Below are positions 13,473-25,986 of a stretch of 64,000 nt of DNA, one piece after another. The translations under genes and the position numbers were made by a program. The notes beneath the pieces are model-generated. The model was not told the origin of the DNA. It ran no database searches and saw nothing but the letters and a program-made list of their open reading frames with translations. Each line of letters starts with the position of its first letter. Positions within the stretch are counted from its first letter, which is position 1. The DNA lies in NCBI GenBank assembly GCA_002269645.1, contig NIVC01001730.1, positions 124,001 to 188,000 of the forward strand, given 5' to 3'. This DNA is from Macrostomum lignano. Taxonomy: Eukaryota.

Positions 13473-13640
13473 CTGCTGTACGCAGTGATTCTCGGGTCTG
13501 AAAATTTCGAAAGAGGTAGTGACACCTCGCAGTGGTGCACCTCTCCGATGAAGTGCTCCGTATTCTCAACACTGCGGAGACGCAGAATGGGCGTTCCTCA
13601 GTGCGGAGTTCTGAAGATAGCGATGCATAAGGCAAAGCAG
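13473..13640 (-). CDS. Candidate exon of the unidentified gene, upstream of the LINE insertion
   Basis: Acceptor ggtcacag| at 13642-13641, open frame ALPYASLSSELRTEERPFCVSAVLRIR...RESLRTA, donor GCA G|gtagtt inside the TSD. Confidence 0.4.
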
Positions 13641-14064
13641 CTGTGACCTTAGAGGGCCATGGTGTCCAAATGGTATTTATAAATATAAATATTTATACGA
13701 CTTGCGTACCAGTATGAAGAATTTACATATCGAACATGTGTGCGTTGATGATTCAGTTCTAACCATCAGTCTACCAATAGTCTACCAATATTTCACGCTT
13801 ATTATAGCTGCATAAACCCAGGGACTACTCAAACACCGGGACGGGAAACTAGGAATTTTTTACGAGGCTGGTCTTTTATCAGCAGTAGAAAATAACCATA
13901 GACAACAAAGTAACACAGCATCTCTCTAATGTGTTTGAGGTAGTCCCTGCATAAACCATTTCGTGTACGAGCCGGCGTTTGTTTATTATACACTCGTACG
14001 AAGTACAAGTCCGGCAAACTGACTAAAAATGACTTTTGACTGGTTTTTGATTTTCAAGATTAAA

Positions 14065-14390
14065 ACCATTTTAGCGCCGCAGGCACTCATTTTAGCACCG
14101 CAGGTACTCATTTTAGCGCCGCAGACACTCATTTTAGCACCGCAGGTACTCATTTTAGCGCCGCATGAACTCATTTTAGCACCGCAGGCACTCATTTTAG
14201 CGCCGCAGGCACTCATTTTAGCGCCGCAGCAACTCATTTTAGCGCCGCAGCAACTCATTTTAGCACCGCAGGCACTCATTTTAGCGCCGCAGGCACTCAT
14301 TTTAGCGCCGCATGAACTCATTTTAGCGTCCCAGGCACTCATTTTGGCAACGCAGGCACTCATTTTAGCGCCGAAGGCACTATATTTTGG
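14065..14390. repeat. 21-bp tandem array
   Basis: Unit cattttagcgccgcaggcact. Confidence 0.93.
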
Positions 14391-15317
14391 CGCCCTGAAG
14401 AAAAATGATTGATTACCACAATGGGTCACAAAGTGGGTTACGTGGGTTGTGGGGACAAAGCATTTGCATGCCCCCCATAGCTTTTACTGAGGGGGGGGAC
14501 ATGTCCTCCCTGTCCCCCCCCCGGTGGCGACGCGCCTGGCTGTGCATGAGTACACGCTGTGTAGGCGTCTGTATGACTGTATGAGTGCATGCCAGGGTGC
14601 CTCTCAGTGTTGCAGGTGGCAAGACCATGGCGCGAGTGTCCTGGGAATAGTTATTTTTATTTATGAGTAACTTCGTTGGCTGACTGCCCATCTATTTTGT
14701 TTTGCTGGTCTTGGCAGGCGGCCAAAAGCATCAAATATTTGGTTAGTAATAAAGCCTATTTTCAGATGCCGAAATACGATAACAAAACTGGGCAACTTGG
14801 CGCTTGCACTTTAACATTTGTTGCTAAGAGCAGCTAGAAGTCAGTCGGCTTTAGGAAACCGCCCTTGAAGACTAAATTCAGTATTCAGGAAGTGCAGCAT
14901 TGATCGTAGAAAGCCTTTTTGAGGTCTGGCCGTATTGCTCAATAGAGGCGGCACAGAACCGCAAGGCAGAATCGGCATGCTGTCAAAAAACCAAAAAAGA
15001 TGCCCCGCGCAAGGATTCATTGCTGATGCAAAATAGAAGCAGACAAGAATGTTGCTTGAACTCTTCCAAACGTAAACCTCATTTTAGTACATGTTGATAG
15101 TTAGGAACTATGGCATCACTACACTATCTTCCGCCTACTATAACTGTATGTTGCAGGATGAGTTACAACAGGCTATTTTTTATGCGCAATTAACAAGCGC
15201 AGAGCTGCGCAGAACGAATTCGGGGATAAGTTGTTAAGAGAAAAATAACGAGTCAGTCATAATTATGGAAATCGAAAGTTGCAACCTTGCAATTTTTGGC
15301 AGCTAGACGAAGATCTA

Positions 15318-16125
15318 GACTGAGGATCTGGGAAGGGGGTGACACTGGTCCAGCAACTGAGGAACTGGGAAGGGGGGTGACACTGGTCCAGCAACTGAGG
15401 ATCTGGGAAGGGGGTGACACTGGTCCAGCAACTGAGGAACTGGGAAGGGGGGTGACACTGGTCCAGCAACTGAGGATCTGGGAAGGGGGTGACACTGGTC
15501 CAGCAACTGAGGAACTGGGAAGGGGGGTGACACTGGTCCAGCAACTGAGGATCTGGGAAGGGGGTGACACTGGTCCAGCAACTGAGGATCTGGGAAGGGG
15601 GTGACACTGGTCCAGCAACTGAGGATCTGGGAAGGGGGTGACACTGGTCCAGCAACTGAGGAACTGGGAAGGGGGTGACACTGGTCCAGCAACTGAGGAA
15701 CTGGGAAGGGGGTGACACTGGTCCAGCAACTGAGGATCTGGGAAGGGGGTGACACTGGTCCAGCAACTGAGGATCTGGGAGCCTAGCTCAGCAACTGAGG
15801 ATCTGAGAGGCTGGCTCAGGAACTGAGGATCCGGGAGGCTGGCCCAGCAACTGGGGATCTGAGAGGCTGGCCCAGCAACTGAGGATCTGGGAAGGTGGCC
15901 CAGCAACTAAGGATCTTGGAGGCTGGCCCAGCAACTGGGGATCTGGGAAGGTGGTCTAGCAACTAAGTATTTGGAAGCTGGCCCATCAACTATGGATCTG
16001 GGAAGGTGGCCCAGCAACTGAGGATTTGGGAGGCTGGCCCAGCAACTGGGGATCTGAGAGGTTGGCCCAACAACTGAGGATTTGGGAGGCTGGCCCAGCA
16101 ACTAAGGATCTTGGAGGCTGGCGGT
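15318..16125. repeat. 37-bp minisatellite grading into a related 28-bp unit
   Basis: gaggatctgggaagggggtgacactggtccagcaact, then ggggatctgagaggctggcccagcaact. Confidence 0.93.
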
Positions 16126-16889
16126 ATCTGCATACGCATAAGTCTAGAATCAGCTACTTAGTATCTCTTACTTAACATCTCTGTAAGCGCTCAAAGTGTG
16201 TTTGTCTGGCGCAGTGAGATGACGCAGTGAAGGCAGTCTCGTGATGCAGCACGTGACCGCAGAATGCCTACTTGGTGACACACAGCCGCAGTGTCACAGT
16301 ATCAAATGAAAATAAGTACAAAAAACAACTGACTAAAAGGTCTATTTATATGATACGCTGCTGATCGAGGCAAGTAAGTTAATTTCTTATATATTTTGGA
16401 AAAACTACAATAAGTCGATAACGCCAGACGTACATTTCTATTATAGAGTTACGATCTTCAAGCTTAATTCAGCTGCAGAAAATCCATGGCGCTAAACAAT
16501 ATACCGCGAATGTGTATTTTTTTACAGTCGAAAGACTATTTTATCTATATATAATTTTTATACTACTTATCAATAAGTAGTTTAACAGTAGTAATAACAA
16601 AATTAGAGAGGTTACATCCTACTGATTGCGGCTAGTAGGTTTAAAAATACAGTCAGCTGTCAAGAACGCGAGTGAATTGGGGCGGATAGGAAGAAGCAGA
16701 TAAAGTAGGGCCAGAAATCTATTTATGGGAAAATCAATTCGTGATGTAGTTGCTCACTCTTCCGCACAATGGGCGATACCTGCCCTAGTGCTGCATAAAG
16801 TATTTAATAGCTTCATTGTTAAGATAAAAAACAAAATAAACTAGCTAACACGAAACACGAAATATGCCTATTTTGTGCTACTGATACTA

Positions 16890-17122
16890 TAAACCTAGGT
16901 CTCAATTATGATAAGAGCCAATATGAACCTGGGCCTCAATTATGATAAGAACCAATATAAACCCAGGTCTCAATTATGATAAGAGCCAATATGAACCTAG
17001 GCTTCAATTATGATAAGAGCCAATATGAACCTAGGCTTCAATTATGATAAGAACCAATATAAACCCAGGTCTCAATCAAGATAAGAGCCCATAAGAACCT
17101 GGGCCTCAATTATGATAAGAAC
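16890..17122. repeat. 34-bp tandem array
   Basis: Unit tcaattatgataagagccaatatgaacctaggct. Confidence 0.88.
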
Positions 17123-17227
17123 AAAGAATTCGGAATTCCCAGAAACAGCAATTCTAGGAAATATCTCCAGCAGTTTCGCCCTACTAAGAGTTAAAGCCAC
17201 TTCCAAATCCACAGTAAAGCAGGCAGA

Positions 17228-17668
17228 CTACATCTCAGCTGTCTCATTCTCCTTAGCCAGTTCGTCAGACTCCAGCTTCTGCTGACGCCACATGCCAGCA
17301 TAGAGACCGCCAGACTGCACCAGAGCATCGTGCGAGCCGCGTTCAACAATCTCGCCGTCATGCAACACCAAGATGACATCGGCGCCAACTATGGTGGACA
17401 GTCGGTGAGCAACTACCAGAGTGGTGCGGCCTGAGCAGACCCGATCTAGACTAGCTTGAATATTCCTCTCCGTTGCCGTGTCCAATGCGCTAGTGGCCTC
17501 ATCTAGCAGCACAATTCTCGGCCCCTTGAGCAGTGTTCGAGCTATAGCTACTCGCTGTTTCTCGCCGCCGCTGAGCTTGAGACCTCGCTCGCCAACTACG
17601 GTATCGTAGCCGCTTGGAAAGCTCAGAATGCGGCTGTGAATGTCCGCTAGGGTGGCCGCCTGCTCCAC
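17228..17668 (-). CDS. ABCB6: ABCB6/HMT-1 half ABC transporter, exon 6 (NBD C-half, stop)
   Basis: ctctcag|[11 protein letters not shown] signature, Walker [13 protein letters not shown]-loop VAHRLST. Confidence 0.96.
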   Translation of the reverse strand: MEQAATLADIHSRILSFPSGYDTVVGERGLKLSGGEKQRVAIARTLLKGPRIVLLDEATSALDTATERNIQASLDRVCSGRTTLVVAHRLSTIVGADVILVLHDGEIVERGSHDALVQSGGLYAGMWRQQKLESDELAKENETAEM

Positions 17669-17696
17669 CTGAGAGTTGAGTTGATAGCAGAGGACA

Positions 17697-18530
17697 TGGT
17701 AGATGATGGGTAGTTTCGGATAGATGATGGGTAGTTTCGGGTAGATGATGGGCAGTTTCGGATAGATGATGGGTAGTTTCGGGTAGATGATGGGCAGTTT
17801 CGGGTAGATGATGGGTAGCTTCGGGTAGATGATGGGCAGTTTCGGATAGATGATGGGCAGTTTCGGATAGATGATGGGTAGTTTCGGGTAGATGATGGGC
17901 AGTTTCGGATAGATGATGGGTAGTTTCGGGTAGATGATGGGCAGTTTCGGATAGATGATGGGTAGTTTCGGGTAGATGATGGGCAGTTTCGGATAGATGA
18001 TGGGTAGTTTCGGGTAGATGATGGGCAGTTTTGGGTAGATGATGGGTAGCTTCGGGTAGATGATGGGTAGTTTTGGGTAGATGATGGGCAGTTTTGGGTA
18101 GATGATGGGTAGTTTCGGGTAGATGATGGGCAGTTTTGTGTAGATGATGGGTAGTTTCGGGTAGATGATGGGTAGTTTTGGGTAGATGATGGGTAGTTTT
18201 GGGTAGATGATGCTTAGTTTTGGGTAGATGATGGGTAGCTTCGGGTAGATAATGGGTAGTTTCGGATAGATTGGCAGTTTGGATAGATGATGGGTAGTTT
18301 CGGGTAGATGATGGGCAGTTTTGGGTAGATGATGGGTAGCTTCGGGTAGATGATGGGTAGTTTTGGGTAGATGATGGGCAGTTTTGGGTAGATGATGGGT
18401 AGTTTCGGGTAGATGATGGGTAGCTTCGGGTAGATAATGGGTAGTTTCGGATAGATTGGCAGTTTGGATAGATGATGGGTAGTTTGGGTAGATAGGCAGT
18501 TTCTAGTAGATCATTAGCAGTTTCGTGTAG
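17697..18530. repeat. 21-bp minisatellite (ABCB6 intron 5)
   Basis: Unit gggtagatgatggg(c/t)agtttc. Confidence 0.95.
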
Positions 18531-18800
18531 ATGATAGATAGTTACATTGTCATAATGGGTAGCTTCGGATAAATAGTGTAGCTTTAATCCAATAAGGGTG
18601 GATGAAGTCCTATAAGGGTTAGCTGCAGTCAGCGAGGAGACAGGAGGCAGTCATGCCCATTCCGCATACTCAACACATGGTGTACAGCAGCCCAGACTGT
18701 CTTGATGGGTGTTGGCCTTCAGTTGGCTACGAGTAGTTTAAGTCAGTATGTAGTTTCTGTCAAGAAATAATGATATAATAAATAAAATAAAAGTACAAAC

Positions 18801-19118
18801 CTCGGCATCGCTAGCGTCGGGCCTCCCGTATCGAATATTATAGCGAATATCGGCATTGAACAGCGCCGTGTCCTGCGGCACAACCCCGATCGCCTGTCTG
18901 AGACTGTTCTGAGTCACACGGCGAATATCTTTGCCGTCGATGAGAATCTGGCCGGATTGCACATCGTAGAATCGGAACAGCAGGCGAAGGATTGACGATT
19001 TGCCAGCGCCTGACTGGCCGACCAGAGCCACGGTCTGGCCCGGCTCCACTGTGAAGGTCACGGATTTCAGCACCGGCTTGGCCGGCTCGTAGTGAAAGCT
19101 CACGTCCCGGAATTCCAC
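18801..19118 (-). CDS. ABCB6: ABCB6/HMT-1 exon 5 (NBD N-half)
   Basis: ctccag|GTG GAA TTC...GAG|gtttgt. Walker [10 protein letters not shown]-loop VVPQD. Confidence 0.96.
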
Positions 19119-19149
19119 CTGGAGCAGTGGTGGGGTCACCGGTTGTTGA

Positions 19150-19715
19150 AAGATCAAAGGGGGTTCACAGGAAGCAGACAAGAGGGAAACACACTGAAGG
19201 ATCAGGAAAGCACTGAAGTTTCAGGAAGCAGGCAAGAGGGAAACACACTGAAGGATCAGGAAAGCACTGAAGGATCAGGAAGCAGGCAGAGGGGAACACA
19301 CTGAAGGATCAGGAAGCAGGCAGAGGGGAACACACTGAAGGATCAGGAAGCAGGCAGAGGGGAACATACTGAAGGATCAGGAAGCAGGCAGAGGGGAACA
19401 CACTGAAGGATCAGGAAGCAGGCAGAGGGGAACACACTGAAGGATCAGGAAGCAGGCAGAGGGGAACACACTGAAGGATCAGGAAGCAGGCAGAGGGGAA
19501 CACACTGAAGGATCAGGAAGCAGGCAGAGGGGAACACACTGAAGGATCAGGAAGCAGGCAGAGGGGAACACACTGAAGGATCAGGAAGCAGGCAGAGGGG
19601 AACACACTGAAGGATCAGGAAGCAGGCAGAGGGGAACACGCTGAAGGATCAGGAAGCAGGCAGAGGGGAACACACTGAAGGATCAGGAAGCAGGCAGAGG
19701 GGAACACACTGAAGG
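19150..19715. repeat. 34-bp minisatellite (ABCB6 intron 4)
   Basis: Unit gaaggatcaggaagcaggcagaggggaacacact. Confidence 0.95.
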
Positions 19716-19773
19716 AACAGAAAGTTTTCTCAAACTTTAAATCCCAGATCCACGAGAACGGCAAGCTGCTCAC

Positions 19774-20112
19774 CGTGGCTTCGCCTAAGTTCAAATCCAC
19801 GGCGTCTGGGTGATCGGCAACTTCTGCCTTAGTGTCTAGCAGTTCAAACATATTCTCCATATCGATAAACTGTTGCTGAATCATTCTATAGTAGGTGGCG
19901 AACCAATTCAACGGCACGTACAGCTGCATTATGTAGGTGCTGAACAGTACATAGTCGCCAACTGTAAGCGCCGGCACCTCCGGATTTCCATTGGCCCGTT
20001 GGACAATATAATAGGCGCATAGCAGGGCCCCGCCTGTGAAGCCGATGTTGATAATGAAGTTTTGCACGCTGTTTAACAGATTCAGCGTCTGACTGCTGAT
20101 GTAGTCGGCCTC
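19774..20112 (-). CDS. ABCB6: ABCB6/HMT-1 exon 4
   Basis: attcag|GAG GCC...ACG|gtgagc. TVGDYVLFSTYIMQLYVPLNWF..YRMIQ..FIDMENMFELL. Confidence 0.95.
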
Positions 20113-20372
20113 CTGAATATAGTGGTCGAGTGAGATTTTGGCGCGTTAACAATAAGTAGATTGTGGTAGGTTATTGGAAGAAATTGAGTTTAGGCAAAGG
20201 TAGACAGATACAAGGACCACTAAACAACGCACGACAACCCATAGGGCCAATTTTCTTGCACATACAAGCCCCAAATGAATGTGGAAATCGAACCCAGGGA
20301 GGCTACTCTGCCCCCTAAACAATGTAGGATAGCGCCTATGGATAATGAAAGTGTGGTAAGCAATGATAGGAC

Positions 20373-20760
20373 CTGATAGTCCACCGTAGCCTTGCGGAAT
20401 CGCTCGGTCTCGTATCCCTCGGCAGCGTAATATTTGACAGTCTCAAAGTTGAGCAGTGAATCAACCGCGCGAGCGTTCCGCTCATTATCCAGCGCGTTCA
20501 TTCGGCGCCTGAACTTTGTGCGCCATTCGGTGATGACAATGGACAGGTACAGGAACAGGGCCATGGTGGCGAATACCATGATGCCGAACCAGGCGTTAAA
20601 CCAGCTAGTGAGGTACACAATGCCGATGCTAATGTCGAATAGAGTAGGCGCAATGTTGAATAGAATATAGCTGAGCAGCTGGTTGATGGAGTTTACGCCG
20701 CGATCGACTATGCGCAATACTTCTCCGGTTTTCTTGGACAGGTGCCAACGGAGCGACAGT
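20373..20760 (-). CDS. ABCB6: ABCB6/HMT-1 exon 3
   Basis: atgcag|A CTG...CAG|gtccta. [31 protein letters not shown]. Confidence 0.95.
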
Positions 20761-20849
20761 CTGCATGGGGACAGATTAGAAGAATTTGACGAGATAATCT
20801 AATACAAATCTTAATGTGCTTTGAGACTGTTCTCGGACGGTTTAAAGAC

Positions 20850-21605
20850 AATTCTCATGGCTTCATGGGCGATTCTCGTAGCCCAGAGAAAATTCTCATG
20901 GCTTTATGGGCGATTCTCGTAGCCCAGAGAAAATTCTCATGGCTTTATGGGCGATTCTCGTAGCCCAGAGAAAATTCTCATGGCTTTATGGGCGATTCTC
21001 GTAGCCCAGAGAAAATTCTCATGGCTTTATGGGCGATTCTCGTAGCCCAGAGAAAATTCTCATGGCTTTATGGGCGATTCTCGTAGCCCAGAGAAAATTC
21101 TCATGGCTTTATGGGCGATTCTCGTAGCCTAGAGACAATTCTCATGGCTTTATGGGCGATTCTCGTAGCCTAGAGAAAATTCTCATGGCTTTATGGGCGA
21201 TTCTCGTAGCCTAGAGAAAAGTCTCATGGCTTTATGGGCGATTCTCGTAGCCCAGAGAACATTCTCATGGCTTTATGGGCGATTCTCGTAGCCCAGAGAA
21301 CATTCTCATGGCTTTATGGGCGATTCTCGTAGCCTAGAGACAATTCTCATGGCTTTATGGGCGATTCTCGTAGCCTAGAGACAATTCTCATGGCTTTATG
21401 GGCGATTCTCGTAGCCTAGAGACAATTCTCATGGCTTTATGGGCGATTCTCGTAGCCTAAAGACAATTCTCATGGCTTTATGGGCGATTCTCGTAGCCTA
21501 GAGACAATTCTCATGGCTTTATGGGCGATTCTCGTAGCCTAGAGAAAATTCTCATGGCTTTATGGGCGATTCTCGTAGCCTAAAGGCAATTCTCATGGCT
21601 TAGTA
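20850..21605. repeat. 41-bp minisatellite (ABCB6 intron 2)
   Basis: Unit ctcatggctttatgggcgattctcgtagcccagagaaaatt. Confidence 0.95.
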
Positions 21606-21776
21606 ACAATTTTCATCTCTTAGTAATAGTAACAATTACGACGATTTGACGATTATAAAAGCTTATGAACAATTCTCGCAGTCTAAATATGACTTTTCAA
21701 GGAGTTTAAGGACTTAAGGTCCAGACGATTCTCGCAGTGAACTTTAGGATACGAATCATCAGGGCAACCAACTTAC

Positions 21777-22086
21777 AGGTGCAAGTGATTAAAGAGCTTA
21801 AGCGAAGCCTCCCGCATAGTGAACTGGTCCACCCGGATCCACAGATAGAATCGTACAACGCCAATGAGACCGGAGCTGCCAGTGCCAATGCCTTGCAGTG
21901 TTTTCAGCGCCACAAATATCAATATGAGATCCCAGCGGAATTCCAGCATCACTGTCGACCCTCCTCTCGGCGACGGGGTCAGCGGCGGCTCGGACTTCAG
22001 TCGGAGAATGTAGAATGGCGCCGATCGCCGCGCCAGGCTGCTCGAGTTGGCGGCGCCGTTGGCTGCGCCCGGGGTCAGCGAGTCCA
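21777..22086 (-). CDS. ABCB6: ABCB6/HMT-1 exon 2
   Basis: ttccag|TG GAC...CAC CT|gtaagt. LKTLQGIGTGSSG, LWIRVDQFT. Confidence 0.93.
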
Positions 22087-22239
22087 CTGGAAGTGCGTGC
22101 AATTTTTTTATATCTAAGTCTTTTACAATTGAAATATTTTGAATTCTACTGAAAGTAGCATGATAAGTAAAACCCATTTGATTTGTCCGAATAGTAAACA
22201 GTTTTTGGTCCCGTACAGTCTCGCAACAGTGAGCCTTGT

Positions 22240-22600
22240 AGTGCTAATAGTCCCAGTGCAGTCCAGCCCCAGGTATGGGTCCCGATGGTAGTACTACAGT
22301 CCAGATAGGGGTCCCGATAGTCCCACAGACTCCCACTACAGACCAGATAGGGGTCCCGATAGTCCCAGTGCAGTCCAGGTGTGGGTCCCGATAGTCCCAC
22401 TACAGTCCAGATATGGGTCCGATAGTCCTATTACAGTGCAGATAGGGATCCCGATAATCCCACAGACTCCCACTACAGACCAGATATGGATCCCGATAGT
22501 CCCACTGCAGTCCAGATATGGGGTCCCGATCGTCCCACTACAGTCCAGATTAGGGTCCCGATAGTCCCATTACAATACAGATAGGGTCCCAATAGTCCTA
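22240..22600. repeat. Degenerate ~30-bp array (ABCB6 intron 1)
   Basis: Recurrent ggtcccgatagtccca..acag..cagatag. Confidence 0.8.
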
Positions 22601-22627
22601 CTGTACGTTACAAAGGCAATTAAATTC

Positions 22628-24480
22628 TACGCAAACACAAATACAACCCTACTCAAACAAAAACATGATCCTACTCAAACAAAAACATGACCCTACTCAA
22701 ACACAAACATGACCCTACTCAAACAAAAACATGATCCTACTCAAACACAAATACAACCCTACTCAAACACAAACATGATCCTACTCAAACACAAACATGA
22801 CCCTACTCAAACAAAAACATGATCCTACTCAAACACAAATACAACCCTACTCAAACACAAACATGATCCTACTCAAACACAAACATGACCCTACTCAAAC
22901 AAAAACATGATCCTACTCAAACACAAATACAACCCTACTCAAACACAAACATGATCCTACTCAAACACAAACATGACCCTACTCAAACAAAAACATGACC
23001 CTACTCAAACACAAATACAACCCTACTCAAACAAAAACATGATCCTACTCAAACAAAAACATGATCCTACTCAAACAAAAACATGATCCTACTCAAACAC
23101 AAATACAACCCTACTCAAACAAAAACATGATCCTACTCAAACACAAATACAACCCTACTCAAACAAAAACATGATCCTACTCAAACACAAACATGACCCT
23201 ACTCAAACACAAACATGACCCTACTCAAACACAAACATGACCCAACTCAAACACAAACATGACCCTACTCAAACACAAACATGACCCTACTCAAACACAA
23301 ACATGACCCTACTCAAACACAAACATGACCCCACTCAAACAAAAACATGATCCTACTCAAACAAAAACATGATCCTACTCAAACACAAACATGACCCTAC
23401 TCAAACACAAATACAACCTTACTCAAACAAAAACATGATCCTACTCAAACACAAATACAACCCTACTCAAACAAAAACATGATCCTACTCAAACACAAAT
23501 ACAACCCTACTCAAACAAAAACATGATCCTACTCAAACACAAATACAACCCTACTCAAACACAAACATGATACTACTCAAACACAAATACAACCCTACTC
23601 AAACAAAAACATGATCCTACTCAAACACAAATACAACCCTACTCAAACAAAAACATGATCCTACTCAAACACAAATACAACCCTACTCAAACAAAAACAT
23701 GATCCTACTCAAACACAAATACAACCCTACTCAAACAAAAACATGATCCTACTCAAACACAAATACAACCCTACTCAAACACAACCCTACTCAAACACAA
23801 AATTGACCCTACTCAAACACAAACATGACCCTACTCAAACAAAAACATGACCCTACTCAAACACAAACATGACCCTACTCAAACACAAACATGACCCTAC
23901 TCAAACACAAACATGACCCTACTCAAACACAAACATGACCCTACTCAAAAACAACCCTACTCAAACACAAAATTGACCCTACTCAAACAAAAACATGATC
24001 CTATTCAAACACAAATACAACCCTACTCAAACAAAAACATGATCCTACTCAAACACAAATACAACCCTACTCAAACAAAAACATGATCCTACTCAAACAC
24101 AAATACAACCCTACTCAAACAAAAACATGATCCTACTCAAACACAAATACAACCCTACTCAAACACAAACATGACCCTACTCAAACACAAACATGACCCT
24201 ACTCAAACACAAATACAACCCTACTCAAACACAAACATGACCCTACTCAAACACAAACATGACCCTACTCAAACACAAACATGACCCTACTCAAACACAA
24301 ACATGACCCTACTCAAACACAAACATGACCCTACTCAAACACAAACATGACCCTACTCAAACACAAACATGACCCTACTCAAACACAAACATGACCCTAC
24401 TCAAACACAACCCTACTCAAACACAAAATTGACCCTACTCAAACACAAACATGACCCTACTCAAACACAAATATGACCCC
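22628..24480. repeat. 22-bp minisatellite (ABCB6 intron 1)
   Basis: Unit accctactcaaacacaaacatg with variants. Confidence 0.97.
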
Positions 24481-24530
24481 AAAATGTCCACATGCCCACA
24501 ATCGCAGCAAAACCGAGAAACAAACCGCAC

Positions 24531-25356
24531 CAATATACTTGGAGTAGATAGGAACCAGCAGGTTAATAACCCGGCCGCAGGCAAGCAGCAGGACGCAAGC
24601 GACGACGCGCAATTGAAGCAAAGGCGAACTACTCGGCCAAACGTATGGCAGCATAAGGCGAAGCTTGTGGCCAAGGCCGAACCAGGCCGACTGTTGCTGC
24701 TGCTGGCGCCGGCGCTGCCTGCCGAGGAACCCCGTCTGGTCCTCGGCCTCGGGCGCCGGCCCATACCGGATATCGGCGGCGCGGCCTCGCAGGCCCAGAC
24801 CGAAGGCTAGCAGGGTGGCAAATAGGCGAGCGGCCCATAGCAACAGCTCGGGTTGGTCGGCAGGCTTAACCAGACGGAACCACCACTGCGGACTACGGCA
24901 GGATAGCAGGCTGAGCAGTTCCCAGGCTAGAGCTTGAGTCCACATGAGCAGTAGGATAGCTCCGTGACCCCGAGTTGGCACGCTGGGCAGCAGGCAGTGT
25001 GCCTCGGTCCACAGTAAGACAAAGCTCAGAAGCCAGGCTAGAGAGTTGGCGCACAGGTAGTATACCTGGTAGCCGTGCAGCGGAGGCGAGTACTGCAGCT
25101 GACAGACGCACCGGGCTATGCACAGCAGCACCATAGCGATTGGCATGAAATACTGCAATCCAGCTGAGCAGGACCTGTTGACTCGATTAGACTCAATCCG
25201 GTTGCCATAGCGACGGTAGAACACTAGCTGACAGGCGCCAAATAGGACAGCAAGGCCTAGCATAGCAGAGGAGGTGACAGTGTCATATAAACAACGACCA
25301 ATGCCTTTGCTGACAAATGGTGCCAGCCCAATGGTGTCATTGGGACAGAACTGCAT
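24531..25356 (-). CDS. ABCB6: ABCB6/HMT-1 exon 1 (TMD0 and first core helix)
   Basis: ctgcag-ccaccATG at 25356. TMD0 with CP...CLYD, PSVPTRGHG and LPYVWP motifs. Donor ATT G|gtgcgg. The six exons sum to 2622 nt with consistent phases. Confidence 0.93.
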
Positions 25357-25986
25357 GGTGGCTGCAGTGCACAATAGAGAATACAGATAAAGAATTTAAT
25401 ACTTTTTTCATGTGCCAAAGAATTAGAAGAAGCCTAAGTTAATTCTATATATATAGCACCTATGCTTATAATTTCTTGCATTTGCTACTGTAAATATTAC
25501 CTACAGGACCTACTTCTTAAGCATTATAGAATTGCAGTGCCAGCAAGATCTTAGACAGGTAAATTTAGGATGCCCCATTCAAAACCAAGATACTAGCTGT
25601 TATAGTGTTATCAGTCAAAAATTTCAAAGCCAAATAAAGCATCAATATACCCCTAGAGAAAATATCTTAGATAAGCTGGCAAAAGTCTATAGACTCATTC
25701 AAAGGTTATTTAAATTTGACAATTAATTGAAGTCTTGAAATTTCAAGAGTCCCACTGATGCTTCAAATGAAAAATAACTTAACTAGATACCAATATTCTA
25801 TAGTCCCAAATATTGTGAATACCAGCTTTTTTACTCTATATATTACATTTAGGAGGTTAGATCATATCTAAACCATGTACACAATGGACTAAAAGGAGGT
25901 CCAATAGATAGACAGACCAGGGGAAAGAAAGATACAGTATTGTTAGCAGAATAGACCCCTCAAGTCTGGACCTCCAGGACCTCAAG

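Noticed and set aside
13986-16101. Repetitive ORFs (CGAKMS and SSVAGP types)
   Set aside because: Products of the 21-bp and 37/28-bp arrays.
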